64,000 nt of DNA from Schmidtea polychroa (GCA_044892525.1 CM097885.1:185442001-185506000), one strand, 5' to 3'; shown: positions 49,101 through 63,300, counted from the stretch's first letter. The notes: a model not told the origin generated them from the letters alone. A program made the numbers and translations.

Positions 49101-49394
49101 AACAAGCCGAGATATCAAGAAGCGAAAGAGTCGAAGACGCGAGATTTAACTTGAGTAAAGCCGCAGACACTATGAGAGCCATGGATAAGACAAAGAGGGG
49201 CACTCGTGTTTTCGAGGTGGGGGGAGGAGGTACTCGTACGTAAAGAGCCGCAGAACAGGCACAAGGATGGTATGCAATACGATGGGCCATATAAAATCGC
49301 CAGATTTCTATCACCTCATCGAGTCGAACTACATTCACAAGAAGGAACGAAAGAAAGAAGAATCGAGTGGCTGAAGAAGTGGAAAAAGTCTTAA
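46124..49394 (+). pseudogene. Pol (PR-RT-RH-IN), broken by a TGA at 48038-48040 and by frameshifts near 48.1-48.2 kb, 48660 and 49220
   Basis: LWDSGAS protease; RT YLDDIL with PFGLATAP; RNase H ILDTDAS; integrase H..L.H...C..C, IDVA, TDKGRNF, GLAER; GPY motif DGPYKI. Confidence 0.9.
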
Positions 49395-52008
49395 GAAGGG
49401 GAGAGTTAGATATCTGTTTGTTTAAATAATTAGGATTTTGCGGTTTTTGTGAATTAATTAAAACTTGTTATTTATAAATTCTTTGATTAAATATATATTG
49501 TTAGTTTCAAGATTTTTCTTGCAAATTTAAAGATGGATCTAAAGATGGATTTAACTGATTCAAAAAAGAAAATGAAAACCAAAATAAATTTTAGAAAAGT
49601 ATTTTTATATTTAAATTTCAATATTTACATTTCAAGATCTAAAATAATGTTTACATCGCAATGTTAAGAACCCTAAGTGAAAATTCAATATTATTTACTC
49701 ATTTAACAAACAAACTTTAAATATTTCACAGTTTTTTACGAATAATTTTAAATGATCATCGATGAATTATTTCAAAATTTTTTATTGAACATTAATCCAT
49801 TTCAGCTATAATTTTTTTTAACTTGTTTAAATCTATTTCATAATTTATAATATTTTAAACTGTTACTAAGTTGTTAATTAACTTGAATTTTAATTAAAAT
49901 TTATTGAGGTATGTATTAGAATAACTATATTTATATACATACAAATATATATTTCCTTCTATAATCCAATGGATTTAAGTGACATTAGGAATTCTAGATT
50001 GCCAAATAAAATTGATAAATCTCTTTTTAACGGTAATTTATTTATTTTGTTTAAGCATTTTCTAATTTATAAACACATGCTAAAATTTTAATTGCTATTT
50101 AATACAACTATAAAGAATAATTGAAATTTGGAATATTTATTTTTTTTGTTACGAAGTTTATAAATTTCAAATAAAATTTTTTTCTTTTTTGAAATTTTCA
50201 ATTTTTGAAATTAACCAATTTATCTATTATAAAATGTTATTAATATTATTTCAAGCCTTTGTTTATTAATGCTGATTAAAATGCAACGTCATTCATACAG
50301 TTCTGGGCACATTTCCACGGTACAACAATTTGTTGAATCAACTAAAAAAATCAACTGCTTACAGTTCCACCTTCAGTAGCATTATAATTATAATTGAGAT
50401 TCTTAATCATAATTTGCCGAAAATTTGAGTAATTAAATTGAACTCATTTTCTAACTACTTTCACATCACTTTATTGTAAGCTGACTAATGACCGGATTAT
50501 ATTGCTGTTCACATAAAAATATTAATCTAGCAAGTGAATAAAATTTCAATTAGTACTAAAAAAGAGAATTTCACTGGTTCTGACTCACCATCATTGGGTA
50601 TCCTGGAAAATTAGTAAAGCATTTTGATGTATTATCGATTTCTATTGGAAGATATGAATAATCATAGTTCATTTTTTATTCTTTAAACTAGTACCTCTCA
50701 ACTTACACGGAAACAAGTACTGTTTCCGAAAAAATACGAAAAAACGCATGTAAAGAATGTTTAATACGTACTACGGATCTAATAACTACTTTTACCTAGA
50801 AAAATGTTGGAAGTTGTTTGTGAGCTCGAATGCTACTTTCACTATAAAGATTTAAATAGCTTGACAATAATTAACTCTAAATATTTGAAATTTTCACGAA
50901 ATAATTAGATTAGATTTGCGGACCGGTGACTGGAAAAGAGTGCTATAAAAGATAATAAATCATGTTAAAGTAATTGAATTCATAATATTTTACTGTTTTT
51001 TCTCTTAAATTAATTAAACTTTGTATCCAAATGCATTATTTTTTTTCAAAAGTACTTTTGTATTGTAGAATATAACTTGTAGAATATGAAGTTAAAAAGG
51101 AAAAGAATAATATAAAAAGGCCGAAAACATTAAGATTTGCAATATTAAATTTTTATATATATTTGTCCTATAGCAGTAGATCAATAGGTCAAATCAAATT
51201 TAACTATATAAATTTCCACACTACCTTTATCAAGTGCCTGTTAGAAATCTTGGTTTATTTATTACATGCGGAAATGAAAAGTGAAAGTATCATAGTTTTA
51301 GATTAATTTTATTATTTTTACCGTTTGCGGACGGTAGACCAGCATTGCTGGCCACGAATTTTGTTCCAGAATTCCTACAATGTATAATGGCCAGCTGTGC
51401 TGGCCAAACTTTAAAAAACTCATACCACGATATCGGGAATTCGTATACTAAAAAATCATGCTAAAATATATACTAATTAAAGTCAATTCCGCAAACGGTT
51501 AATAAATGTTGGAAATTTAGAAACTGTTTGTTTTGCAAATAGAGCTGAATTTTGATAAAATGCTAATGTTTTCTGTTGAGGGTCTTGGAAATTTGTCTTT
51601 CTTAGCAATTTTGAAACCCGTTTTGTGAACATTGACATTTGCCTCGTGATTAAGCTGGGTCTTATAATGAATTGTAAAAGTATTGAAATGCACATCTTTT
51701 TGCCAAAAATTGAATTGTATTTGTTTAATTATGGTATCAACGAAGTTTAATATGATGTTGGTAGTTTGTCTTATTTGATATCAAACCTAACACCATCCGA
51801 TAAATTTTCTCTAAAATGCACTGCATTTTGGTTTCAAAGACTGAGACAAATAGTCGCATTTAAATATTTTAAACGTGGTTTGAAGCGTGAATATTATTAC
51901 ATGGAATTCTGGGATTTCAGAATTGCATATTTCATACAATAACAGCCTCGAAGAATTATTTGCACAATCTAATCTACTATTTTCACGTAAAATTAGACGT
52001 ATCTAAAG

Positions 52009-52805
52009 AAGTGGCGTAGCTACCATATAGCAAGAGTAAGCAATGCATAGGGGCCCACAAGACAGGGGGGCCTTTTTTACAAATTTCCTTATTTTTCTTC
52101 AGAAAACAATGTCAAACAACGGCACGGTCGGCACCAGTCAACAGAGACCTCCAAATGATCGATTTGTGGTTTTATGTAATAAAGCTCCACTGTTTTATTT
52201 ACTTATTACATTAGGTACATTATTTACTTGCATTTTTACCTATGTATGCAATCCCCTCTGCGTCTCCCTCGCTAATAATATACTGTATAAGCAAGCAACT
52301 TTAGTTATCTAAGTAAATCGCCCATTCCTATAGGGGTCGAAAAAATTGTATCGCTTGTCGGCTATACACATTACTATCATTTTATAACGATTTATACTGT
52401 TATATTGTATATTGAGCTCTAATTATTTAATTAAATCGTCTTTCCAAAGAGGACCCAAAAATGTTTTACCTGCGGCGCAAAACTCCTCTGTAACTATAAG
52501 CCCTTCTTTCAAATAACACTCTCCCCTCCCCCTTAAAAAATCTTGGGTAGGCCTAAGCCACTGGTCTCATATCGTACAAAATAAACACGGTGTTCCATCA
52601 AAATTTCAAGAGTTACGAAGTGTTCCGTCGCAGGAAAAGTTTGGGAAACCCTGGTCTAATTCAATTGTGCTTCCAAAGGGGTCCAAATTTTTTTTTCCTG
52701 TGGCGCTATGGTGCTCCGCACCTATTTCACTTGTGTATGCAGTATAGGGGGGGGCCCATCTATGACTCATTGCATAGGGGCCCAAAATTCCTAGCTACGC
52801 CACTG
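52009..52805. mobile_element. hAT-type MITE (~797 bp) just upstream of LRRC49
   Basis: TIRs (A)AGTGGCGTAGCTA / TAGCTACGCCACTG; 8-bp TSD ATCTAAAG / ATCTAAAC (7/8 match). Confidence 0.8.
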
Positions 52806-52910
52806 ATCTAAACCCGAGAAAATATTTATTGCACTCAATTTAAAAATACTTGTATTTCAGGTTTACATTTTTATCCGGGACTTTCAAGCTCTGGTTAATA
52901 TACAATAATC

Positions 52911-54293
52911 ATGCCTTTCCAAATAGAAAAACCGCCTAAATTCAAACCATATTTAAATTTAGATTATTCAAAAAGCGCAAGGCACAGATCATCTTTCAAT
53001 ATGCCAAATTTTCCTGATAACCGTCGCACAAAAACTTCATTATCCGAAAAGGATTTATGTAGATTATTGTCTCATTCATTGTTTTGAATGTAATGCTGAT
53101 TTTAGTATTTAATGACATACGTGAAGATTCTTTGAATTTCTTTTACCAAAAGCAGACACAACTGAAAAAATCGAACCAAAAATCAGAAAAAAACATAATT
53201 CCTTGTGTTATAGTTCGCAGAAAACAAGAAGAAAAACAGAAAAATCCTGATAGAATAAGCTTAGACCGGTAAAATGTTTTTTGAAGGTTTTCTTTTGAAC
53301 GATTTCTAAAACTCTAGTCAAAATTTGACAAGTTGCCCAATATTAGAGAATGAGGACAATTTGAGATTACTCAATTATCAATACAACTATATCAATCAGA
53401 TCCAGCATTTAGATAAGCTGAGGAAATTAATTCTTCTAGATCTCTATGATAACAGGTTAGATCTTTATTCATTATTTCAATTTATCGCCTTGCACTTTTT
53501 TCATTTTTATTCATATATTTAGTGAAAGGGTAGAATTCACGTTTAAGTTAAAACTGAATATTGCTAATAAACATTGAAATTGTATATATCAGATTACATA
53601 AATTTTTATATAAATATTTAAATTAATTAATTAAAGTAAGTTTAAAATATAAAAATAAATTAAAATATATTAAATATTAAAATAAATTAAACCAGCATTG
53701 AAATCAGCATCAAAATTAAAATAATAAAAAAAACCTCGAACAGATTGTTTGAATATTACAAACAAGGGCAGTTTTTTGAATAAAATAAATTTAGTAATTT
53801 ATTAATTATGGAGATTGAAAATGAATTCGACGTTGTTGTGGCTAACATTTAGTATTCTAATTTATGTTGTAAACCGCTGATTACGAATTAATTTGTTATT
53901 AGCAATCATCATGTTGATGATAGACTTTTAAAGTTTTATTCTATTTCATTTTAAAATGTACATAATTTATCAGCCAATTAGAAATATTGATAAATCAATA
54001 AGGCACAATCATGTCTTTGTTGCAAAATTTAATTTTTTAAAACATCATTTCTAGATACATGTCTGTCAGAATTTTCCATCAAATATAAGTTACATTCAAT
54101 ATTTTATATCACCATTGGATTACAAAATCGGTGTAAACACAACTAAAATTTGCAATGGCATCCAATGACGGTAAGTTATAACTGAATGAAATCAAGATAT
54201 ATCAATTACGCTTCCTTTATCTTGAGCTTTTTAGATTATCGTTCAATATTTTCAATTATATTTTGATAGATAGCCTAAAAATCGAGGATAATA

Positions 54294-54329
<36 letters not shown>

Positions 54330-57300
54330 CAATCGATAATATTGTAGCCATACTGTGACCAAAAATTAGACATGTTATTAAAATAGTTTATATTTTAAAA
54401 TATTACAATAGTTGATGGTACTATTTTTAAAATTATAATTATGTTATTACAATTGAAGTATTTTTGATATCTCATGGTTGCTAAACATCATTTCTCCTAG
54501 GTTCTCGTCGTTTTGGCTATAATATATATATATATATAATACCATGAGCAGGGGTGTCCAACCTTCTAGCTTCCCTGGCCACATTAGACACCAGATGAGT
54601 TGTTTTGGGTTACACAAAAAAAATTCACTTACACTAATAATGGCTGATAAGAAAATAAAACTTATGTTATATAGTTAGCATATTTATGTATTTTATATAT
54701 TTATTAATTTATTAATCCAGAAGTAAAAGACAAAACCAAATTCAGAAATTAGTGAGACACTTGACTTTGTTTTTGATATACTAATGTGTCAATACTTGCT
54801 TCGATGGAAGTAGTTGCGATTCTTAGTGATTGCTCAAGGTGCTCATCAAATAGTTTCGTTCTATTTTTATTCTTTGTGTGCTTCATCCGTGAAAATAACT
54901 GCTCACAAATGTAGGTGCTTCCAAATAGCGGTGACATAAATAGGACATGGTTGTGAAGCGAGAGATATTTTTCCTTGGGAAATATATCTTATAAAAGTCG
55001 AGTAAAGAGACTTAATGAAATTTTTCTTTAAGTTGAATGCCAGATTGTAACTTTATGCATTCTATTTGAAAATTGGCTGGTAATAAGTTAATTTCGACTG
55101 AAAAAGGAGTCGCAAATATACCAAAAAGTAGATAATTTTTCCGGAAATCTTGGAACCTATTATCAAACTCCTGTATCAAATCGGAAAGCAAAGTTACATA
55201 TTTTTCGTTGTTCAGGGGACCGTGTTTCGCCAAGGTGTTGAAATGCATAAAATTGTTTGCCTTAATTTGTGATTGCCATAATTTCAGTTTCATTTCAAAT
55301 GCTGATATAGTTTGAAACATTGTATTTTTAAGTTGGTCTTTACCTTGAAGATGCGAATTTAACTCATCTAAATGAGTGGTCAAGTCTACTAAAAATGCCA
55401 AATAGATGAGCCAGTGTTTATTGTCAAGTTGTTCGGGCACAAATTTCGTTTTCGATTCCATAAATGACTTGATTTCATTTCGCAAATCATAAAATCTTTT
55501 CAACATGTTTTTTTTAATCTTTTTAACCATCTAAGTTCCGAAAAGTAAATGATATCCCCATATTCCGCATCCATAATTTTAAGAAATTCCTGGAATTGAC
55601 GATGATTCAATCCCTTGGCTCTTATAAATTTTACAGTGTCGATGACAATCGGCATCACGTTATTCATCTTTAAACATTTTGCGCATAAATTTCCCTGATG
55701 TACTTACTATGCAGTGATATTTCATAAAACGTAAATTATGGGCGGCAAATGCATCGTATTCTACTAATTTTACAAGTCCTTCTCGTTTACCTACCATTAC
55801 CGGAAAACCATCAGTTACTATTCCAGACATATTCGCAACGGACAAAGAAAATCGTTTCAGTGTAGTTTTCACCGCTTTATACAAATCTCTTGATTTAGTC
55901 GTGCCTTTTAATGGCACTAAAGAAGCCATTTCTTCAGTGACATTATATTCTTCATCAATACCTCTAATAAAAATTGCCAATTGAGCTGTGTCAGTAGCAT
56001 CAGTACTTTCGTCTATCGCTAAAGCATAAAATTTAAAATTAGCTGCTCTACTCTCCAAACCTGCTTCAACAGATTTTCCGATTTCTTCAATTCGCCTGGC
56101 TATTGTCTGGTGAGACAAAATGATTTTTGAAAATTCTTCTTTTTTATCAGGGCAAATTATATCTGCAACGCTTTCCATGCATAGCTTAATAAACTCACCA
56201 TCAGCAAATGGTTTGGAGTTTTGTGCTATCAAATTTGAAACCACATAACCAGCTTTTACAGTAGAATCCTTTTGAGTTGTAATTTTTTTTAAAAACTTTG
56301 TTGAGATGATAGACTTTTTTTCAATTCTACTCTTTTGTCTTTATGACACATTCCTTGATTTGAATTAAATTTACTAGCATGTTTTTGCGTCTAATGCGTC
56401 TGTAAATTGTAGTATTTGAAAACAGGTACAAATTCCAGACAGATTAAGCACATTGCCTTAGTATTTGCCTCAACAAAAAAGTAGTCATCTGTCCACTTGT
56501 CGTTGAACAATCTTCTTTCTTCCATAAATTTTCTCCTTTTTCGTTCGGTTTCTTTTTGTGGCGTTGCAGAAGCCATGCTGAAATTAAAAAGATTGATAAA
56601 TATTTTAAAAATGCAAATAAATACCCCTCGTGATATTTTTTTAAATTTGCCTCCTAAATTTGTTGTTTAAGTTGGTAATGCTAATAAACATTAAATTTGA
56701 AAGCATTTTGTATGCTGTTTTTTTTCTAACCTAACCGCATTTTTTAACTTTTTATTACTAAATTTTCATAAAAAATTTGCATAAATAATTGTGTTACGTT
56801 TTGGTACCATGTTGGGATCCTTTAAACTTCGTAATAAATCCATTACATCATGATTCCATCGTTCATAGATTCCTTTGTTCAAATTTTTGAGACGATCCGC
56901 ACTTATTGTACTGTTCATACCGACAAGATTGTGATACATAAAATTAATGACGGTGTCTACAGTTTGTAGTTTGCAGTTTGTATCTTTTCTGCTTAATACT
57001 TCAACGGCCAGTTTTATTGGAGTCATCGTAGCTAGCAAAACCTTGAGTGAGTCAAAATCAAGATTTTATGGATTGTAACATTATGGATAATATAATCAAA
57101 TTTTTGAGAATGGATAAGGGAATTTAAAGAATGGATAATCCATAATGGATTAAAACATGTAAAAATTACTTTATTCTATTGAAATATTTGTTTAAATATT
57201 AAAAAGAAATTCACATTTTTTTCATGTTGTGCGGATACAACTTAGTTTGGCATCTGCTAGGTGGCGCTAGTATCGCATTTTAGCTCAAAAAACCATTCGA

Positions 57301-60300
57301 ATTTTTTAAAAACCATTAAATTAATTTAAAGCTTTAAAAATAATTTTTTAGAAAATATTATTTATTTAGTCTAACTAGCTTTGGATGAATAAATATTACG
57401 GCTAAGGAGATGTCTTTCTCGTTGTGTTATTTAAATATATTTTCCGTACAAATGAATCTAATCAAATCATAATAATTTTAAAAATTCTTTGTTAAATAAT
57501 TTGTTAAGAAAAGAAATTCGCAAAATTGAAATTCTATCTATTTCTTTTATATTATTAAGCTTATATGACATTTCAAATTGACAGAAACCTTGCGAAAAAT
57601 TGATCTCACTCTTTGTTATTGCAGTTTTCAACCCATTTTTAATTATTTTAATATTTGCATTTTTATTTGTTTGCAAAAATTGTGTTAATGAATAAAACGG
57701 AAAGTATTTTTTAAAAAAATGGCTAAATATAAGAACTGCTAAAATTCTATCAGCACACACTGGTCTTTTTCGAGTTCCCTTTAAATAAAAGAACGAAAAA
57801 GTTTTTAAAAAAATTTCGCTTCTATTGCAGAATTTATTTATTTGTACAAAGGGAAAACGGCTCTCAAAAAACGGCCGTTTTCAAATTTCATCAGAAAATG
57901 GTCGTTTTTCGTTTTCCTTTAACAGCATCAGAGACACTAATCGTGTTCCAATCTGTAAAGCGATTTGTAAATTCTTTAACTATTTGTAGCAATCCAACTC
58001 GCTCCAAAAACATTAAAGATATAAGAAATGGCAATATAACATAAATTGTAATGATTTTGAAAGAAATTACAAATAAAATGTATAGTGATAAAAATATCAT
58101 ACATTTTTGTTTACCATAAATAGCTTAAGCTCATTTTTTGAAAAAAGTGACTTATTTCACATTCCAAATAAACGACCAAAATAATGGCGAAAATGTTTAG
58201 CATAATATTCAGAAGATTTGCTCAATTAATAACTTGATTCAAAACCAGTCCGTTTTTTAATATTTTTTTATACATTGTAATGTAATGTTAATGTTTTATG
58301 TATAATTGTTTTAATACAATTATAAATTATACTAACTAACTCAATTCGAGTAACGGCCCCCGAGATCCAACAAAAGGATCTATATAGCAATTCTCTATAG
58401 TAATAATTTACTATAGAGAATTAAAAATTTTAAAAAATCGAAATAAAATTGACAAAAAAATAGACAGATCAAGGGAGACAGTTCGTGTCGGAATTATTTA
58501 ATGCCCTATGTAAAAAATATGAAATAAAACGCAACCGAACCACTGCTTACAACCCACAAGCAAACGGAAAATCGAAAGATTACATAGGACACTTAAACAA
58601 AGCATTCGAACTAAAGCAAACGAGAGAAATTGACTTACAGAATTACCGACAATCCTACTGGGGTTAAGGAACACCCCCGACTCAATCGACAACGAAAATC
58701 CTTCTTTCTAAGTTTTTGGCAGAGAATCAAACCTCCCATCACTCAAAAACAAAACACCAGATAATACAGAAACAAATAAACAAACAACTGACAAAAACAG
58801 CGGAAACATAGAGAAAAATCCAAAAGGAATTTTAAAAAGGAGACCGGACTCTGAATTGGATGGGAAAACAGTGCTTACAACAGATTTCATACTAATTAAA
58901 AAACCATTCACAAAAGGTTTCGAATCCAAATACAAAGGTCCGTTCAAACTCCTAGAAATCAACAAAAACGGTGCCGCAATAATTAAAAACAACAACAAAA
59001 TGAAAATAAACATAAGGCGAATAAAACCCTACCACCAGAACCAAAACCCACAAAACAACCCACCAAAAGACAAAACACAAACTAAAACACAAACAACTCA
59101 CAAAAACATCACAGCCATTGTCCTAAATAAAACAGAGACATAAAAAAACAAAACACACGCACAAACAATGTTGATTGTACAGTTTTTATTTCGTTGGCAA
59201 TCCGGATAATAATCGGTTTGAACTATCCGGATATTTTCTGAATTACGGATAATTCGAAATCCGGATATTTTGAATCAATTATCCGGATATTTTATTTTCG
59301 AAAAAGTAAATTTTTATCGTTTCAAAAATTTGAATTTTACAGGGTTTTTCATCGTATTTTGACAATGTGTCAACCAATTTTGACATTGTGTCACCGTATT
59401 TTGATAAGTAAAAAAACTATTATAAATATTTGTAGATGAATTATTTATATAAAATATTTTATTTCTTATAGTTAAAAAAGTCATTTACAACAATTAAATC
59501 AAAAAAAACATTATATTGGTATTTTCACAATCCAAAATCCTTTTCCGATCATTATTATTGATATGTTGATTGACCATTAAGGGTGTATTAAAAATTTTTC
59601 ATTTGTCAAAATACGGTGACACAATGTCAAAATTGATTGACACAATGTCAAAATACGGTGACACAATGTCAAAATTGGTTGACACAATGTCAAAATACGA
59701 TGACAAAATGTTAAAATACGGTGAGAAACCCTGTATAATCAGAGTTGGTTGTGCACTAACATTACATTTAGAGATTTTTGTTTTACTCGTATTTAAATCA
59801 AATCAGAGTTAGTTGTGCAGTGCACTTTGTTTTGGTGGTATTTCTGTGCTGAAAAACGAATTTAAATCAAATTAAAGGTATGTATGAATATATTTAAAAT
59901 TTTAAAAATTTATTTTGTATTTTGAAGGGTTATCGTTATAATAATGTCTTCAAAAAAATCGGAGGTTTGGATTCACTTTGAAAAACATAGTTCTGAGGAG
60001 GCGACATGTAGAAAATGTGGTAATAATATCAAATGTAAAGGATCTTCTACAACTCCACTCATAAATCATTTGAAAAGACATGAAATTTATATCAACAAAA
60101 GAACGTCGAATCAAGAAGAAACTACAAGTGTCAAATCTTCAAAAATTGTAAATTCACAACAAATTTTAAAGTTTGTTAAGAGAGAAAGCTTAGGTGAGTT
60201 ATTAGCAAAATGTGCTGCAAAAGATGGATTTTCAATCCACGCAATAACTAATTCATCAGCAATTAGAGAATTTATACATAAAAGAGGATTCGAAATGCCA

Positions 60301-63300
60301 CGTAGTCGAAACACAGTTGAAAAACTTATAATTCAGTTTTACGAACAGAAACGAGAAGAACTTAAAAACAATCTAAATACAAAAAAAAACAATGAACAAA
60401 AATTCAGTATTACAGTCGATGAATGGACGGACATAAATATGAAGCGTTATATGAATGTTACACTACATAGCAAGAGTATCTGTTATAAATTAGGATTGGC
60501 AAAAATCGATGGATCTTGTGACGCTGAAAAAACTAAAAAAATAGTGAAAGATAAACTTTTATAATTCGGTATTCAGTTTTCAGATATTGTTGCCTCCACG
60601 CATGATGGTGCTGCTCTTATGCAGAAGTCAAGGACGAAATATTTCTGCAATCAGTCAATTGTGCTACAATCACGCCATTCATTTGGCCGTGATTTGTGTT
60701 TTTTATAAAAAAACAGGAACGGTTACGACATCTGATGATGAAAATAATTGCAAATTTGATGAGCAGTCTGAAAACGATTCTGATTCTGATTATGAAAATA
60801 GTGATATTGAACACGAAAATATGAATTTAGGATTTGATAATACTGGTGTTAATAATATACTTATGAGACCTGACATTAATGTTGTTATATCTGAATCACG
60901 GAGGCTTATAAAATTTTTTAAATTTTCTGCTGTTCGAAAAAATGTTCTTCAAAAATATGTTATGGAACAAGAAAAAAAAAGAATTACATTTACTGTTGGA
61001 TTGCAAAACCAGGTGGAACTCATTGGTCCCTATGATTGAGCGACTCCTAAAGTTAAAAAAATGTATTAAACAATCATTGATTGACTTATTAGGAACGGAA
61101 AAAGAATATTACAATGAACAAAATTTCGTAATCCTAGAAAATATGTTAAATATCTTAAAACCACTTGAATTAGGTGTAAAAGAGTTGAGTAACGAACAAG
61201 CAACACTTTTATCTAGAGAAGGTGTTTTTAAATTTATGTTTAAAAAATTAAACGATATTGATTCAGATTTGAGCAATGAAATGTTGACGTCATTAAAAAC
61301 AGAAATTTTAAAACGAAGAAATAAAGAAGTAGTATCTTTGATGAAATTTCTACAAAATTCATCAATCTCCAGAGATGATAATTTTGATGATATTACATAT
61401 GCTTCGAAACCAGCAATCTATGCCTATGCAAAAGATACAATGAGTCGATTGTATGCAATTCCAGAAGATGAAAATCATGTGTCTTCGTCCGGATCTGAGG
61501 ATGAAATTTGCGAACCGATTACATTGGTTATGGAATTGAAAAAATCTATAGCTTCCATGAGCAGTGAAAATCCAACAAAATTTCAAAATAATAATTTTGA
61601 CTCTTTACAAAAAGAATTTAAACTTCTTGAAGGCAATGGAAAACTAACTCACAACTTAGAAAAACTTTTGAATGCTCTTAATACGATTCAACCAACCTCC
61701 ACTAGCAGTGAGAGAGTTTTCTCGGTGGCTGGTACATTTTCAACAAAAGTAAGAAGTAGACTTCAGTTTCCATTGTTGAACGCTTTGGTATTCTTGAAAT
61801 ATTATTTCAATAATGAATAATAAATTAATAATTATTAAAAATAATAAAACTATATTATTATATACTTTCTTTTTCTTGAATTAAATAAAATGAACTTAAA
61901 AACTAAAATATTTTGATTTTTTTTTCTAAATTTCAGAATTGGCAAATATCCGAATAGTATCCGGATATCCGGATATTTCATGTTTAAGCTATTTGATATC
62001 CGGATACCAGAAAGTCCGGATAATTGACATCTAACCCTAACCCTAACAAACAATGTTGATTGTACAGTTTTTATTTCGTTGTAATTATGTAACTGGTTGT
62101 AAATTTTTTCTTTTATCCAGGTTGTATAAAAAATAAAAATAAAATACAAAGAAACACATAACAAAAAAAGGTTATTGTGAAAATGTTATTACTTTTACTT
62201 GTTATTGATTCGTGTTAACCTCCGGTTTTAAAGGAGGAAGTTATGTAATGTAATGTTTTATATAATTTTTTTAATGCAATTATAAATTATACTAACTAAC
62301 TCAATTCGAGTAATGGCCCCGAGATCCAACAAAAGGATCTATATAGCAATTCTCTAGAGTAATAATTTAAAAAATTAAAAATTAGAGAATTAAAAATTTT
62401 AAAAAATCGAAAAAAATTGACAAAAAAATAGACTTGGTAATTTGGCAGAATAGAATACCAGAACAGAAACTAAATTAAATCAGTATAAGGAATTTCTTTA
62501 TCTGACCTAATAGTAAAAGAATATTGAAAAATCATCAAAAACAATCCCGAGAAAGAAACTTACCTTCCCCGTTATCGTAGGACGAATTATAAGAAATATT
62601 AGAAAATTATTACAAATCCAATTTGAGAAAGAGACTCGATCTAAAAACGAAAACATTCTATTCACTGTGAAACGAACAATTCAAAAATGAAAATATTCTA
62701 TCTACTGTGAAAGGAACAATTTAAAAACGAATACATTCTATCTACTGTGGAACGAACAATTCAAAAACGAAAATATTCTATCTACTGTGAAACGAAAAAA
62801 GCCATATAATATATCCTGACAAACCAAGAGAATTGAATTAAAGAACGAATTCCGTCACGAAAAACTAATCTCAAGTTATTCAATAATTTTATATTATTAA
62901 TAAAAGTTACACTCGTTAATGTTTCCGATTTGGATTTTTTGTATTTTATATTTGGAAATTGTTAAAGTATATATAACCTAACACACACACACACACCCTA
63001 ATTGTCCCGACACAGATTTTTACAGGAGACTCTGTTAGCTTCTGACAAACCGTCCTTTGTACATCGTTATTAAATTTCAAGACCCATAACAATTATTATT
63101 AACTTTGATTGGCTATCTTTTTCCATTGCACTTATAAAATTTTGGATTGTATGTTTAATTGATTTACTTTTTAATATTAACATTTTCAATTTTTAAGTTT
63201 TCACATCAAATTCTCATAACTATGTTTAGTGTAAAATATATTTTAATTTTACATTTCTTTTACAAATTAAGAATCGAAAAAATATCAGGTCTGGAAGCTC

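Larger units (their letters stand above)
44751..49556 (+). mobile_element. Full-length Ty3/Gypsy LTR retrotransposon with AGTTA...TAACT termini
   Basis: LTRs at 44751-44891 and 49404-49556 (the 3' LTR has a 12-bp internal duplication) with a perfect GATTC TSD. PBS TGGCGACCACG at 44891; PPT AAGAAGGGGAG before 49404. Confidence 0.93.
58276..62435 (+). mobile_element. Internally deleted Gypsy element (LTR-like repeats at ~58276-58466 and ~62244-62433; integrase remnant ~58467-59140)
   Basis: Two ~190-bp direct repeats start TGTAATG, and the second is preceded by PPT AAAGGAGGAAG. The first is fused directly to TDQGRQFVSELF...RTTAYNPQANG...YKGPFKLLE. The 3' LTR may extend further. Confidence 0.7.

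Noticed and set aside
50280-50960. Possible minus-strand host exons (IRSVVRIKHSLHAFFRIFSETVLVS; YDYSYLPIEIDNTSKCFTNFPGYPMM; LIQQIVVPWKCAQNC) with GTAAGT/GTGAGT donors and apparent 18-26-nt introns.
   Set aside because: I could not build a phase-consistent model or recognise the protein, and tiny introns conflict with the 47-49-nt introns of LRRC49. RNA-seq or BLASTx would settle it.
62643-62798. 40-bp repeats, and the 21-bp arrays at 13283-13354, as a CRISPR array.
   Set aside because: Units are contiguous with no unique spacers, the context is eukaryotic, and there are no cas genes.
63159-63271. N-terminal part of ORF 63159..63644 (MIYFLILTFS...) as coding.
   Set aside because: It is intron sequence upstream of the AG acceptor at 63270-63271; LRR homology begins at 63272.
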